DNA from: Podarcis gaigeae
Taxonomy: Eukaryota
Strand: one strand, 5' to 3'
NCBI GenBank assembly: GCA_964106915.2
Contig: OZ066929.1
DNA: 64,000 nt
In this document: positions 50,139 through 61,978 of the stretch, one piece after another
Layout: each line of letters starts with the position of its first letter
Position numbering within the stretch: position 1 is the first letter of the stretch
Translations under genes and position numbers: made by a program
Notes under the pieces: generated by a model
What the model was told of the DNA's origin: nothing
What the model saw: only the letters and a program-made list of their open reading frames with translations
Database searches by the model: none

Positions 50139-51834
50139 CGTTTGAGAATGTTCAAAGTGGAGTGAAACTTCCATTGAAATTCTCTTGGGTGGGGTATTGC
50201 TTCTGCAAAACAGCAGTGATCATGTCAGGTTCATGAAAGCACTAAAGAGGAAACCAGTCTAATTTACCCTCTACCACAAATGTCCTTCTAAAACTGGAGT
50301 GGATGAGTGTTGAGTGAAGATCTAAGTGCTATAGAGGCCAGACCAACTACCCCTGAGAAAGAGAGAAGAGTTACATAGGGAAGATGGAAGTAAATCAATT
50401 TATCATTTTACAAAATAAGCAAGAGGATAAAGGACTCTCATTTTCGAAAATGAAATAATACATGTCGGGAGGGTGTCTCATAGTTGGGGCATCACCACAG
50501 AAAAGGCCCTGTCACTTGAAGCCTCCACATAAGCCTTAGAAAGTTGGGGCACCCAAAGCACAGCCTCCAGTGAAGATATCAATGTCAGAAAAGTTAGCCT
50601 AAATTTCTCTTTTGGGAATCTTCACAAGTTGGCAAGTGTGCAAAAGTATGACACCCAGATCAGTGATTTGCCTGAGACCTTTGGCAACAATTATTAGCTA
50701 AGGGATATAGTGTATATCTATGGCAGAATTGGAAACCGAGTTTCAGCTCTGTGGCTTATACTTTTTCATAAACTAAACGCTTTCCTCCCCACCCTCAATT
50801 TGATTTCACCTCGGGTAGCAGCTGCAATTCCAATTTATTTTTGTTGTGGTTCAGGCTATTTACAGCTAGATGAGCGGAAGTGATAGGCTGGTTAGCAGGG
50901 GATTCACCAGTTAATCAATCTGGAGACGATTTGGCCAATTGACTCCTGCAGCTATTAAAGTTCTGTTTAAAAAATAATAATACTCGTACATATGCATTTT
51001 AGTTAATTTCCAGGAAAAAGGATATTGCTTTCACGGTGATGCAGCATTTGTGCTAATCAAACTTCCAAAGGGGCCCGAACTTTCCCCTGCTGGTAGGAAG
51101 CATAGAAGCGTGGGGGGTGGGGTTGGTTGCTGTCTTTAATAACTTGGTGGGAGCAACCCTCCCCTTGTTTATGGTGGAATCTCATTCTCATTTGCTACAG
51201 CCTGTAATGCCGCTGTTTCACAATGCACACACGCTGAGGTGTGGTTTCAAGGTCTTCATGTGTTTAGCAAATATTTCAGACGAAACGATCTGTTCAGCTG
51301 TTACCCTGATTGCCAAGATTACAGCATGACAACAAACATTATTTGGGGGATTGGAGATGAAATTACAGCCCACTCGCTCCGGCGTCTGCAGCGAGAAGCA
51401 GATGCAGTGTTAATTTTCAAGCTGCAATGTCCATTACGCCAAGCTGTGGAATCACGGCACATTAGCATTGCAGCCAGCTGCCGCTGATGGTTCCGCGGTG
51501 GAGGTAATAATAAACTCCATTGCTTGTTGGAGAGAGAAAAAAACTGTATAACACCAAGAAAGGGATGGGGGAATTATTTTTTCTAGGAATGGCTGTTTAC
51601 AGTGAATGTTGTTTAGGCAACAGTAACACAACCCATAGTATGTGGCACTGTTCCATGTAAATACCAGATATTGGTGTCTGGCTGAAACTTGTAGCAAAGG
51701 AGAGGCTCAACTATGAGGGATGAAAACTCACAGCTTCCACAGCCCTTATTTAGTCCTTCTTTTATTCTACTATATCTCAAACCGTTCTGTGGTGACCTAA
51801 GAAGAAGAAGACGTTAAGGAAAGTTAAACCAGTA

Positions 51835-52061
51835 CAGTGGACCCTCCAGATACAAACTTAATTCGTTCCCAGGGTCCTTACGTACCCTGAAAAGTCTGCA
51901 ACATCAGGCGCTGCTTTTGCACACATGCGTGGCATGATAGAACACGTCTGCGCACGTATGCGGTGTGTAGAGCGCTTCTGCGCATGTACACTTCCGGGTT
52001 TGCTGTGTTCGCAACCCGAAAGTTACATTACCCAAAGGTAACATAACCCAAGGGTCCACTG
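51835..52061. mobile_element. Tigger-like MITE (227 bp), CpG-rich
   Basis: TA-flanked; TIR CAGTGGACCCT / AGGGTCCACTG. Confidence 0.85.
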
Positions 52062-52181
52062 TAATGTCATTGGTGCAACTGAAGCACTGAAAACAGTTGA
52101 TAACAGTAGAACAGGTCATGCTGAAAAGGGGGAGGGGGATCTCAGTGATCCAAGCCTTTCAGTGGCCAGCCCACTCTAAAT

Positions 52182-52290
52182 TAAGGTTACCAGACGTCCC
52201 CATTTCCCAGGGACAGTCCCCAGATTTACAAATCAGTCCCCTGACAAAATCCATCTATTTAGTAGGGAGTTGTCCCCAGATTCATTGAAA
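52182..52290. mobile_element. hAT (Tip100-like) MITE end
   Basis: TAAGGTTACCAGACGTCCCC terminus with repeated GTCCCC. Confidence 0.55.
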
Positions 52291-52496
52291 TGCAAGCCAA
52301 GGAGTGTCCTGGCTATGCCCCTCTTCCCCATGAGCTAGTATTCAGAAGGAAGAAGCCTCCGGAGCCAAAGTAATGCTCCTCTCCCTTTGTGCCTTGAAGC
52401 TTTCTGGCAATGAGAAGTAAGTTGGGAAAGCATCACTGCATCTAGGGTATGTCTTTGAGTGCTCATCGGGGGCCTTGTGAGAAGGGACATAGCTAG

Positions 52497-52734
52497 GGGA
52501 AGGGATGTGGCTTGGTGATAGATCACCTGCCTTATATGCAGATCACCTGCCTTATATATGATAGATCACCTGCCTTATATGCAGAAGCTCCCAGGTTGAA
52601 GCATCTCCAAGCAGGGTTGGAAAGATTTCATATCTGAAACCTTGGAGAGCTACTGCCAGTCATTGAGTAAACAGTTCTGAGCAAGATGGTCCATTGGTCT
52701 GATTTGATATTGGGCAGCTTCTATTGTTCCTATG
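52497..52734 (+). mobile_element. tRNA-derived SINE with CR1-like tail and an internal triplication
   Basis: Homologous to 11995 and 25845; AGATCACCTGCCTTATAT occurs three times; ends GCAGCTTCTATTGTTCCTATG. Confidence 0.8.
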
Positions 52735-53909
52735 TACATGTGTGAGGACATTGGTTGCCCCCAGACTCTGGGATTCTCCCTCCCCCCCACGGAATTCTAA
52801 GTTGAGAGGTGCCAATTTGTTAGACTTCCTTTGAAACAGTCACAGAACACTCTCCCCCAATGCAGTTAATGCGAAGTCTGCTTTGTAGGTCTCAGAATTT
52901 CTGTGAAGTGGGAACAATTCTCCCCCAGTTGTTGGTTTGTAAAATCTTGTCTTCATTTGGGCCTGGATCCAAACACCCAGTCCCTTAACTCTCTCTCATC
53001 TCTCTCTCTCTCTCTCTCTCATTCTCTCTCTCTCTCATCTGACTTGCTTATTTAAGAAGTGTCTCCATTGGAAGAACAGCAGAGAGTCTGAGAGGATGAT
53101 CAAAGGGAAAACTCAGGATGGATTGAGATCAAATATTCAACTTCTGTGTGCTTTCTATTAAGTGACAGAGACGCAAGAAAGAATGAGGATTATCAATTGA
53201 ATTTTATGAAACAGGCCTTTCAAGAGTGGCTTCTTCTTCCCATCTTCATGATGTAAAAATAAAACTGAAGCAAAAGTAGGGGGAGAGGAGGAGGTGGAGG
53301 AGGAAGGGGGGGAACCAAACAGCGAGGGGAAATCATCAAAACTTTGCAGCTCCCTAAATGACACATACCCAATGTTAGATTTGTTTCACTACCTTTTTAT
53401 AGTGGCTGCTCCTGTTTCTTTGGCAAAGTTAATGAGTATCCAGTTTTCACTGCCTGCTGCGTAATGTCAGGTCTTAAAATACAGTGACAACTGTTTGATG
53501 CAGAAGCCACTCAAGAGACCAAGATGTGCTGTGCTGTGTGTGTGTGTTTTAATAAAGTGGCTGCTTATCTTCTGAGCAGGCTGCTTAATAAAGATGGATA
53601 AGAGAATTAGGGTTGTCACTCAGCTAAAAAAATCTTAATCAACTGGGTTTTATTAAGTAAATTATTTAATCAACTGAATTTATGTAAACAGTAAACCAAG
53701 ATTTCTGATGCGTCTCTTATTGTAAGTGGGCCAACATTATATACAGTTTTTCCCCCACCCTCTGACTTTTAGAGGTATACTGCCCTGGTACATGGAGGCT
53801 TGTTCACTGTCATGGCTGAGTCTATTGCAAATATCTGATTCTAAATGGGCAGAGCATATGGCCTCCTTGCTGTATGTGTTTGTTTGTTTGTTTGTGTGCA
53901 CATGCTTGT

Positions 53910-53937
53910 ACACACACACACACACACACACACACAC
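53910..53937. repeat. (CA)n microsatellite
   Basis: Seen directly. Confidence 0.97.
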
Positions 53938-53967
53938 TTTGAAGGATTGGTGATGAGTATTGCCTGA

Positions 53968-54060
53968 AAAGGGATGTGGCTTGGGGAGAGTCCTAAGGGC
54001 CAGATAGGAGAGGTCTGGAAGGCTGCATTTAGCCCCTAGGGCTGATGTTCCCCACCCCTG
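53968..54060. mobile_element. hAT-type MITE end
   Basis: Terminates GTTCCCCACCCCTG, similar to other hAT MITE termini in the window. Confidence 0.55.
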
Positions 54061-55571
54061 ACTTAAATGTTCAGTTTGGTTAGATGAAGAAGGATACCAG
54101 GATAGTAAAGGCTGAAGTTGCTGCATGACTTTTCAAGATGGATGTGTCCTGAATGTTCAGAATTGCGGTACTGTACAAGCATATCCTAAGGTAAGCTAGC
54201 CAACCTGTGACCACCAAGAAATTGCTCCTTTGAGGAAACGGGGTGTAGGCCGGAGCATGGAAGTCCAGATCAAAACTGAATCAGAGTGTTAAGAACCCAA
54301 ACCAGCTAGTTAAATGCAGCCTGATGGCACCAAGTCACAAAGGACTGAAAGAAACTTTGAGCTCAAGGAAGACTAAAACCACTCCTCCATCTTGTTCCAC
54401 TTGGGAATGGCCCAGAACTCTTGACAGGTCTCCATGTTATTGACCCTCCCATCATATCAAGGGAAAATGTTTTGCCCAGCAAATGAAATGAGTATCCCAT
54501 GGATTGCACAAGGGATGCTTATGAACAAATATTTCTGGTGTCTCTTGGGTAGCTTGTCACTGGTAATTAATGTGTAATGCTAATATTCCTCAGCCTCTCT
54601 TATAATTTCCATAACTTAATGAGTGACATTTTAATGGAACACTCTTTAGTCCACAATAATCTGGATTTCTGATCCATGGGAGTTAAGAAGTAATCAGCAT
54701 CCAAGCTGTCTCTGTAGTTGGGAAGTCATCTGGAGGGTGGGGGTTGTTTTCCAGCAGTAAATGTAATAAATTTGCCAAACATATCCAATTTATTTTTAAG
54801 TATACTAATTTTAAAAACACCTTACATCTTCCTCTGCAGAACTTTTCATAGGGCTGCAGTAAGTGGCCCTGATCGTTTACGTTGTAAGACTAAACTGTGT
54901 GATAAGCACTTAACACTTTATTATCCTTCTGGTTTGGGGTCCACAATGACAGACCCTTTATTATTGTTGCCCAGGCGTATGGAATTTGTGGTCCTCCAGA
55001 AGTTATTGAACTACCACTCCCATCATTCCTGGCCAGCTGGTCCTGATGGGAGTCCAACATCTTCCTCTTCTTCTTTCCCATCCCTTCTGTGCCCCCCCTT
55101 CTTTTATTCCTTCCAACACAGCAACAAAACTCTCTTTTCGGGAACGCATCCAACTCAAGCACCAACCCAACCCCAACATACAGCAAATAAATAAATAAAG
55201 CAAACCAAATTGGAGCCACCCTTGCTATGATTTGGGGATGAATAGATGTGTACCAAAGACTCCACATGGAGTTGTATAAGCAAGGTAGCCTGTGTTTGGA
55301 ATCAGTATGATTGTTTTCAGCACTGTGGACAGCTACTTCATGTTTTCACATCCCCACGTCGTCACCTGCCAATAAATACCAGTAGCTATTGCAGAACACA
55401 TGTTGTACTAGCAGCTTATGAGCTTGGAAACCTCTTTTGTGCATGCCCCACTCAAGAGAGGAAGGGCTATGTAAGCACAGCTGTGCTTTTGTGGCATTTC
55501 AATTCATTTCAATGGGGTATGCACCATAGACACTCTCGGTGGATGGTACCCCAGGTGGTATTCAAATTTGA

Positions 55572-55818
55572 AGCAGCTGGTGCCCATTGGGATTCATAGG
55601 GCAGAAGGCAGGGAGAACAGCAGGCAGAGTTAGCTAATTCTAGTTTTGTCCCTGTCCTTCTACAGTTCTACAGGGTTAACTGTTAACTGTTAGCAAGTGC
55701 CACCTGCTCACCTGATTGTTAAGTATAAGAAAGCAAAAACACTTTCTTGGTGAGGACTGACAGTGGGCAGGCTGAGGCTGGTAGGACAGTTCCTCATTTT
55801 CCTGAATAGACCAGCACC
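55572..55818 (+). mobile_element. hAT-type MITE (CAGTGG..GCTGGTG family)
   Basis: Homologous to 41973. Confidence 0.55.
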
Positions 55819-56021
55819 CAATGCTTTGAAGTGCTACTCTCTGCCACATCTTCAGAATGGGAAAAAGAAATCCATTCTGTTGCTCCTAGAAAGGCAGGAT
55901 AATAAAACAGCACATGCAACCATCTTCACTGGAGTTAACCAAGGAAGGCATATTGAGCCAAGCCAAATAACCGGTGGATTCTTTGACCCCCTCCCTACCA
56001 TACGTGTAATTCACACATACA

Positions 56022-56098
56022 CGTGAGATTATCCCTGCATTGTGGTTGGTTGGACTAAATGATCCGGTCCCTTGCAACTCTACAATTCCATGATTCTA
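56022..56098 (+). mobile_element. CR1 extreme 3' end
   Basis: GGTTGGACTAAATGA..GGTCCCTT..AACTCTACAATTCCATGATTCTA. Confidence 0.75.
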
Positions 56099-56334
56099 GG
56101 ACTCAGTAAAAAGTGACTCCAACTTAACCTGTCATCAGACCTTGTCATTTGCTACTATCATTCCAGAGTTATTCCACTTACAAGCATGGAAAAGGAACTG
56201 CTGTCAAACACTTTTTAAAGTGAAGAATTGATTAAGCTAAATCTCTGACGGATGTGCATGGTATGAGAAGGGTAATGTGCGCAGAACTAGGATGTGCTTA
56301 TGACGAGATAGGAAGAAGGTGATACAAATCAGTA

Positions 56335-56576
56335 CAGTGATATCTCAGGTTACAGATGCTTCAGGTTACAGACGCTTCAGGTTACAGACTCCGCTAACCC
56401 AGAAATAGTACCTCGGGTTAAGAACTTTGCTTCAGGATGAGAACAGAAATCACGTGGGGGTGGTGTGGCAGCAGCGGTAGGTCCCATTAGCTAAAGTGGT
56501 ACCTCAGGTTGAGAACAGTTTCAGGTTAAGAACGGACCTCCAGAACAAATTAAGTTCTTAACCTGAGGTACCACTG
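56335..56576 (+). mobile_element. Tigger-like MITE, complete monomer (242 bp)
   Basis: TA TSD; TIR CAGTGATATCTCAGGTTA / TAACCTGAGGTACCACTG. Confidence 0.92.
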
Positions 56577-57354
56577 TATTAGTATCAGTATATATGTAAG
56601 AGGAACAGACTTTAAAGCCAGGCTTTTATTCTAATGGCTGATCCCATGGCTTCTCTTACTCATTTGTGCTCAGTGATTTCCACAGAAAATTTGCTCTGAT
56701 TACTGGTTTAAAAAGATGTTAGCTTCTCCACCCCGTATCTTTCTCACCAGCAGTCAGGGCTCCGAAATCAAGCTGCATTCACTTGGCTTCTTACCTCGTT
56801 ACTAATAATAAAGATTTTGCAATCAATCCAGAGCTGACAGTTGTGTTGAGGGACAGACAGCTTGGATTCCCAGCACCATGCACGTGAGAGCTGTTCATGC
56901 CAAACAATAATTCATTGTACCTACACAACACCTTTCATCCAAAATACTTTTAAAAGCATCAGTCAATCATTAAGCTTCTCAATAGCCCTGTTAGGTAGCT
57001 GGCATGCTATGTGCTTTACAGCTGGGAAAACACAGGCAGAGAGAGAAAGGGGAAGTGACACAGATAGGGGCTGCATCATGCAGAGGGTATTATAGAAAAG
57101 CTATTGAACTGGCACTTAGGAGAGTGTTGGCTGCATGCTTCAGAACTGGACTCCTTTGGGGGCTTGGAGATCTGTGAGGTACCAGGATTGTTTCTCTCTG
57201 AGTTTCTTTTCCCCACCTGAAAACAGGGGACGAGGTAATTATGTTCCCAACTAGCTCTAGTCTGGAGCATGCTCTGAACATCTAACAGATCCCCTTCTCC
57301 CCTAGGCTTCTTTGCAGTCTCTCAGATCTCCAGATTACCATGCACCAACTTTAG

Positions 57355-57580
57355 GGGGAGCTTGTGCAGTAAGATGGTGAAAGGTCTTAGCTGCAAACCA
57401 AGACTCCCTGGTTTGAATCTTGCCTCACTCACTAGGTCGCCTTAGGACTGCAATTATCCCTCATCAATTGCCTGTGCCTTTAATGTTTATCTATTTTTCA
57501 AGGTTGTTGCCATAATGTTTATGAAGGGCTCTGAGTGCTAAAAGAGCACCATGTAAATGAATGCTGAGTAGCTAATTATT
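57355..57580 (+). mobile_element. Degraded MIR-like SINE
   Basis: B-box-like GGTTTGAATC, CORE-like and tail remnants. Confidence 0.45.
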
Positions 57581-57627
57581 AAGTTAAGGTAGCAAGAGAT
57601 TTTTAATGGCTGAAATACAATTCTGGA

Positions 57628-57915
57628 ATGTTACAAGAGCACCACTGGATCACACCAAAGACTCAGAGCATCCAACCAAGTGACTATGGGATGCCTATGA
57701 GAAGGATCTGAGTGCAATAGCACTTGACCCATTCTGATTCCCAGGCATTGGCATTCAGAGGCATACTACCTCTGACAGTGAAAGTTAAACATAGCTGCTG
57801 ATAGCCTTATCTACAAGGAATTTGTTTAATTCATTTTAAAGCTGTTCAAGTTGGTGGCCATAACTACGCTTCATGTGGAAAGGTACTTACTTTTGTCTGT
57901 TCTGAATCTTGCAAC
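57628..57915 (-). mobile_element. CR1-type 3' region (second subfamily)
   Basis: CTGGATCACACCAAAG..GATAGCCTTATC..GAATTTGTTTAAT..AAGTTGGTGGCCAT. Confidence 0.65.
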
Positions 57916-58051
57916 ATCCACTTGCTCTACATTGCATTGTTTTATGCATCTGTATCATGTCCTCTTTAATCTCCTTACTAGCCTCTCCTGCCCCTCAAAA
58001 TGCTGTGATCTTTTCACGTATTGGAATTATTGCATCCTATTGATAACTTCA

Positions 58052-58405
58052 GGGATGCGGGTGGAGCTGTGGGTTAAACCACAGAGCCTAGGACTTGCCA
58101 TTCAGAAGGTCGGTGGTTCGAATCCCCGCGACGGGGTGAGCTCCCGTTGCTCGGTCCCTGCTCCTGCCAACCTAGCAGTTCGAAAGCACGTCAAAGTGCA
58201 AGTAGATAAATAGGTACGGCTCTGGCAGGAAGGTAAACGGCATTTCCATGCGCTGCCCTGGTTCTCCAGAAGCGGCTTAGTCATGCTGGCCACATGACTC
58301 GGAAGCTGTACGCCAGCTCCCTCGGCCAATAAAGCGAGATATGCGTCGCAACCCCAGAGTCGGTCATGACTGGACCTAATGGTCAGGGGTCCCTTTACCT
58401 TTACC
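58052..58405 (+). mobile_element. Sauria SINE, full length
   Basis: GGGATGCGGGTGG head; B box GGTTCGAATCC at 58115-58125; CCCTTTACCTTTACC tail. Confidence 0.95.
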
Positions 58406-60579
58406 ATTAAGCTAGATGCATCCTGCTACCATACATCGGAGCCTTCTAGGCACTTTATAATCTCTTCATTTTTTGCAGTCCTGGGCAGGAAGCAAACCAT
58501 TGGAACTTTTTGAAGACCCGCCCCCCCCCCGAAATCCCCCATATATTGTGGCTGGGCTGGTTGTAGCTTAGTGGCCCACAGGTTGTGCAGGCCCACCTTC
58601 CTTCCATCAGCACCTCTTCATTTGCAGGAATACAAGATGAGTGGTGTTAAATTCTGGAGAGAGGGGAGTGCCTATTTATTTGCTGTCTGGCTCCTTAAAA
58701 GTTGCAGCAAAAAGTGAGGGAGGGGGCCAGGATCGGCACATTCCCAATATTGTTTTTGCCACCCAAGCAGCTGCATGCAGAAGGGCGGATAACGCAATAT
58801 TGCTAAGTGATATGTCCACGAGGCTCTTTTATTAACACTTTGTAAAGGACCTTGCTAGGGCACAGTGGAATGCCTTCTCATCTCTCCCCATCTTATTAGA
58901 ACCGTCTGTGCAATTCAACACATCAGAGTGTGAACAGAGCTTTATCTTGTCTGCCATTCAGGTTTGGGATGGCGCTCATTTCCCCTGCCTGGCATAATGT
59001 TCTGATGTCTTTGGGGCTGATTGTGTCTCTCATCCATCTTTTCATGTATCAGCAGCCGATCAACAGGGCTTCTCTATGAAACCATCTCTTATTTTCTTCA
59101 GCTTCTTCTGTGTTATAAATCAAGAGATTATTTATAAAACTTAAAAAGCACACTTTTTTTATATACAGCCGGCTATTACACTTGAGCCCAGATGCCCAGT
59201 TGTGCAAGGTTGGTACAAGAGTAGATGAAAGGGGAGGGTGTGTGTGTGTGTGTGTGACACTCAGACATGTAAGCACTTGTTGTAGATAACTGCAAGCTGC
59301 TTTGAAAACGCTCTACTGAAAGAAAGGAGAAAAAGAAATATTTGAAATAAATAAATGTTCTTTGGTATCTAAAGTCATTTCCTCAGTGTGCACATGCAAA
59401 ATGAGTGTTTGATGACCATGGAAGTGGAGTCATATGGACCCACCATCTATCCTAATCACTTATTTCTGTGGCTTGGCAAATCTCACTATTTCTAGATTTA
59501 AATGCAACAATAAGATTTTGCTTAAGATGACAAAAAATACCCTAGCTTTGCTGCCCATTTGTATTTTGTTCAGCATTTGAAATCCCAATGAGAAGACTTA
59601 AAAAAGAAAAAAGAAAATCAAAACACTTGTTTTCTCTGTTCCTGAAATAATAGCACACTGTTTTCCTTGGTAATCTTGGAAGCTCTCTACAATTTAGCTT
59701 CTCTGTTATCTGAGAGAGAAATCCCCAGCTGGGGCATCAAATTATTCTGAAAGATGGTTATAGTGGCGCCCTATCGTGGAAGGATACCGCAGGATTCCAT
59801 TAATTACTGCACTTGTAAAGGGCTTGAAGATGTTGAAAGGCAAGATGCAGTATGGATGATGTCAAAGTTTGGGACCATCATGGAAGCAACTTAGGTCATT
59901 ATATTTAGGCAACAATAGGTGCAGGCTGATGCTCAATGGAACGTTAACATTTAATGTAATCGTGTGTGTTTATGTTTTAAAAAGCAACCCTTCCTGTTCA
60001 GCTCTTGCTTGAGAACACTTGTTTACTTCCCTGGGCATCTCCTGATTGCAATACAGTTTAATTCATTTGTTGTTGTCTGTCTTGACTGCCAGTGCTGGAC
60101 CATAAGTGAGTCATATCAGAGTTAAGTGGAATCCTGGGGATGATTTAAATGAGTATCAATATGATAGTTGTAAGCCAGAGTTTACTGTGCTAAGGCATCC
60201 ACCTGGGGAGAGGCTGGACATTGAGCCAGTTGTTATATTTCAGCCTTATCCACCTGTGAGGATAAAATCAGAGTGTGAAGGACTATGTATTTTTCATTCA
60301 TTAATTTATAAATATATCTATCTACCACTAGTTCATAAATATATCAAATCGTGCCACTCTGAGCTTCCTTCTGCAAGAAGGGCATGTTGCTGTTTTAAAA
60401 ATGGAATAAATAAATATCTTGCTCTGTCCAAGATCCAGCCCTGATCTGGGAGTCTTTATAGTAAGCCTATTCATATAAATATTTTCTTAATTTTCTTAAT
60501 TGTGCAATTTAGTGAATTCACAATTAATTAATTGATCTACTGAATAAATTTGCATATGAAGACACCCAGACATACTAAA

Positions 60580-60717
60580 GCTGGAATGTGGAACCTGTGA
60601 ACCTCCAGATGTTTCTGGACTACAACTCCCATCTTCCCTCAACACTGGCCATTCTTTTTGAGGCTGATGGGAGTTGGAGTAAAATCATATCTGAAAGCCA
60701 CAGGTTCCACATCCTGG
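60580..60717. mobile_element. hAT-type MITE (14786 family)
   Basis: GGAACCTGTG..CTCCAGATG..GGACTACAACTCCCATC..GATGGGAGTTG..CACAGGTTCC. Confidence 0.75.
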
Positions 60718-60885
60718 ATCTAGAGGCAGAAAATGAAGCAAGTTTCCTTTATTTTCAGACATCTTAGAACTGACATTTTCTCTCCTTCCACACACTCACA
60801 AACAGCATTACTATTTTCAAATGTCCCTTGCCACCTGCAGGTTTTTTTAAAAAAGTGTTTGTATTATTTATTTATTTATTTATTA

Positions 60886-60929
<44 letters not shown>
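60886..60929. repeat. (ATT)n microsatellite
   Basis: Seen directly. Confidence 0.97.
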
Positions 60930-61138
60930 CAGAAATCTCCCCAGTTAACCAGAGGAAATAAAGAGCAGAAGCAGGCTCTGAGAATTATAGTACAGCTTCT
61001 CTCTCCCTCTCTCTTTTGCTTGAATTTGGGCATAATACCCACTCACTTTTTTCATCAGTGTGATCTTCACAGCAGCCATGTTAGGACATTTATTCAAAGT
61101 ATCTTCCTAACATAAGATGCCATAATAAGGAAAGGAAA

Positions 61139-61219
61139 TATTGCTTCCTGCTCCTACCTTCACTCTGATTTGGCTTTAGGATGACGTCATAAGAGTGAGG
61201 GCAGAAGCAGAAAGCAATA
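61139..61219. repeat. 28-bp inverted repeat with a 25-nt loop containing TGACGTCA
   Basis: Arms 61139-61166 and 61192-61219; 24 of 28 positions complementary. Confidence 0.85.
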
Positions 61220-61306
61220 CTTTATTCATCCCTGTGTAGGAATGGCAGGAACTTTGGAGAAAGTATCAACCAACTGCAGCAATGAGCATGATTGCCATGG
61301 CTAGCA

Positions 61307-61571
61307 AAGTCTTGTCTACACTTTCGTTCATCCCATGCTTAGAAAGCATGGGTCAGAGTGGTTTCCCACTTGTTCTGTGCTTTCTGTGCTTTCTGTGCTT
61401 CTGTGCTGTTTTTGCCCCACTGCTTTCTCTTGAGAAACCCATTCTTTAGTGCTAAACTGGAACAAACAACAATCTGCAGAAAACCCAATTGTCGTTTGTT
61501 CCAATTCAGTGCTAAGCCATGGGTTTTTCTGGGGGAAGGCAGTGGGGTAAACAGAAGTATGGATGAGCTCT
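61307..61571. mobile_element. Palindromic MITE, PIF/Harbinger-like
   Basis: Inverted homologue of 7368-7590, with an internal (TCTGTGCTT)n expansion. Confidence 0.65.
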
Positions 61572-61978
61572 AAGTAAGACAGACAATTCACTACTGAAAT
61601 GCCCTTCCTCCAGCTTTGCAACCTATTAATGTGGTAGCAAGGTGGGGTGGGGGTGGGGTTTTGGAGGAGGGTGAACATTGTATAATGCAAAGTGAAACAT
61701 CACAGAGTCACTGAGAGACTACTCAATCAGAAGGGCTTATCACTTGAGCTTGGAAGAAAATAAATAGTTTTTCTGTGTCTTCCTTCTGTTATTCCTTCTG
61801 GCCAGATATCTAAGTGGTGTTCAACAGCAGAGTGTCCTGTTCTTGTCCCATTGAGGAGCCTACCAAGCAAGACAGGTGCATGATTCAGCACTTGGGAGGG
61901 CTTATAATGATCAAGGATTGGCTAAGAACTGAAGTCTTTTGAGCCTCTGCCTCCAGTCCACCTCTCCTGGGATCTACC

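Noticed and set aside
51230-51295. Possible hammerhead ribozyme (GACGAAAC)
   Set aside because: No CUGANGA core or stem II in register.
54718-55267. 158-aa and 125-aa ORFs
   Set aside because: Non-ATG or chance starts, overlap with a MITE fragment and low-complexity sequence, and no recognisable domain.
58052-58130. tRNA-like sequence with a perfect B box
   Set aside because: Head of a Sauria SINE, not a tRNA gene.
59359-59375. Partial resemblance to miR-9 (and miR-137-like sequence near 44813)
   Set aside because: Only short partial matches and no precursor hairpin.
59762-59795. CTCF-like site (reverse complement CCACGATAGGGCGCC)
   Set aside because: Mismatch at a core G, and the upstream-motif-like sequence is at the wrong spacing.
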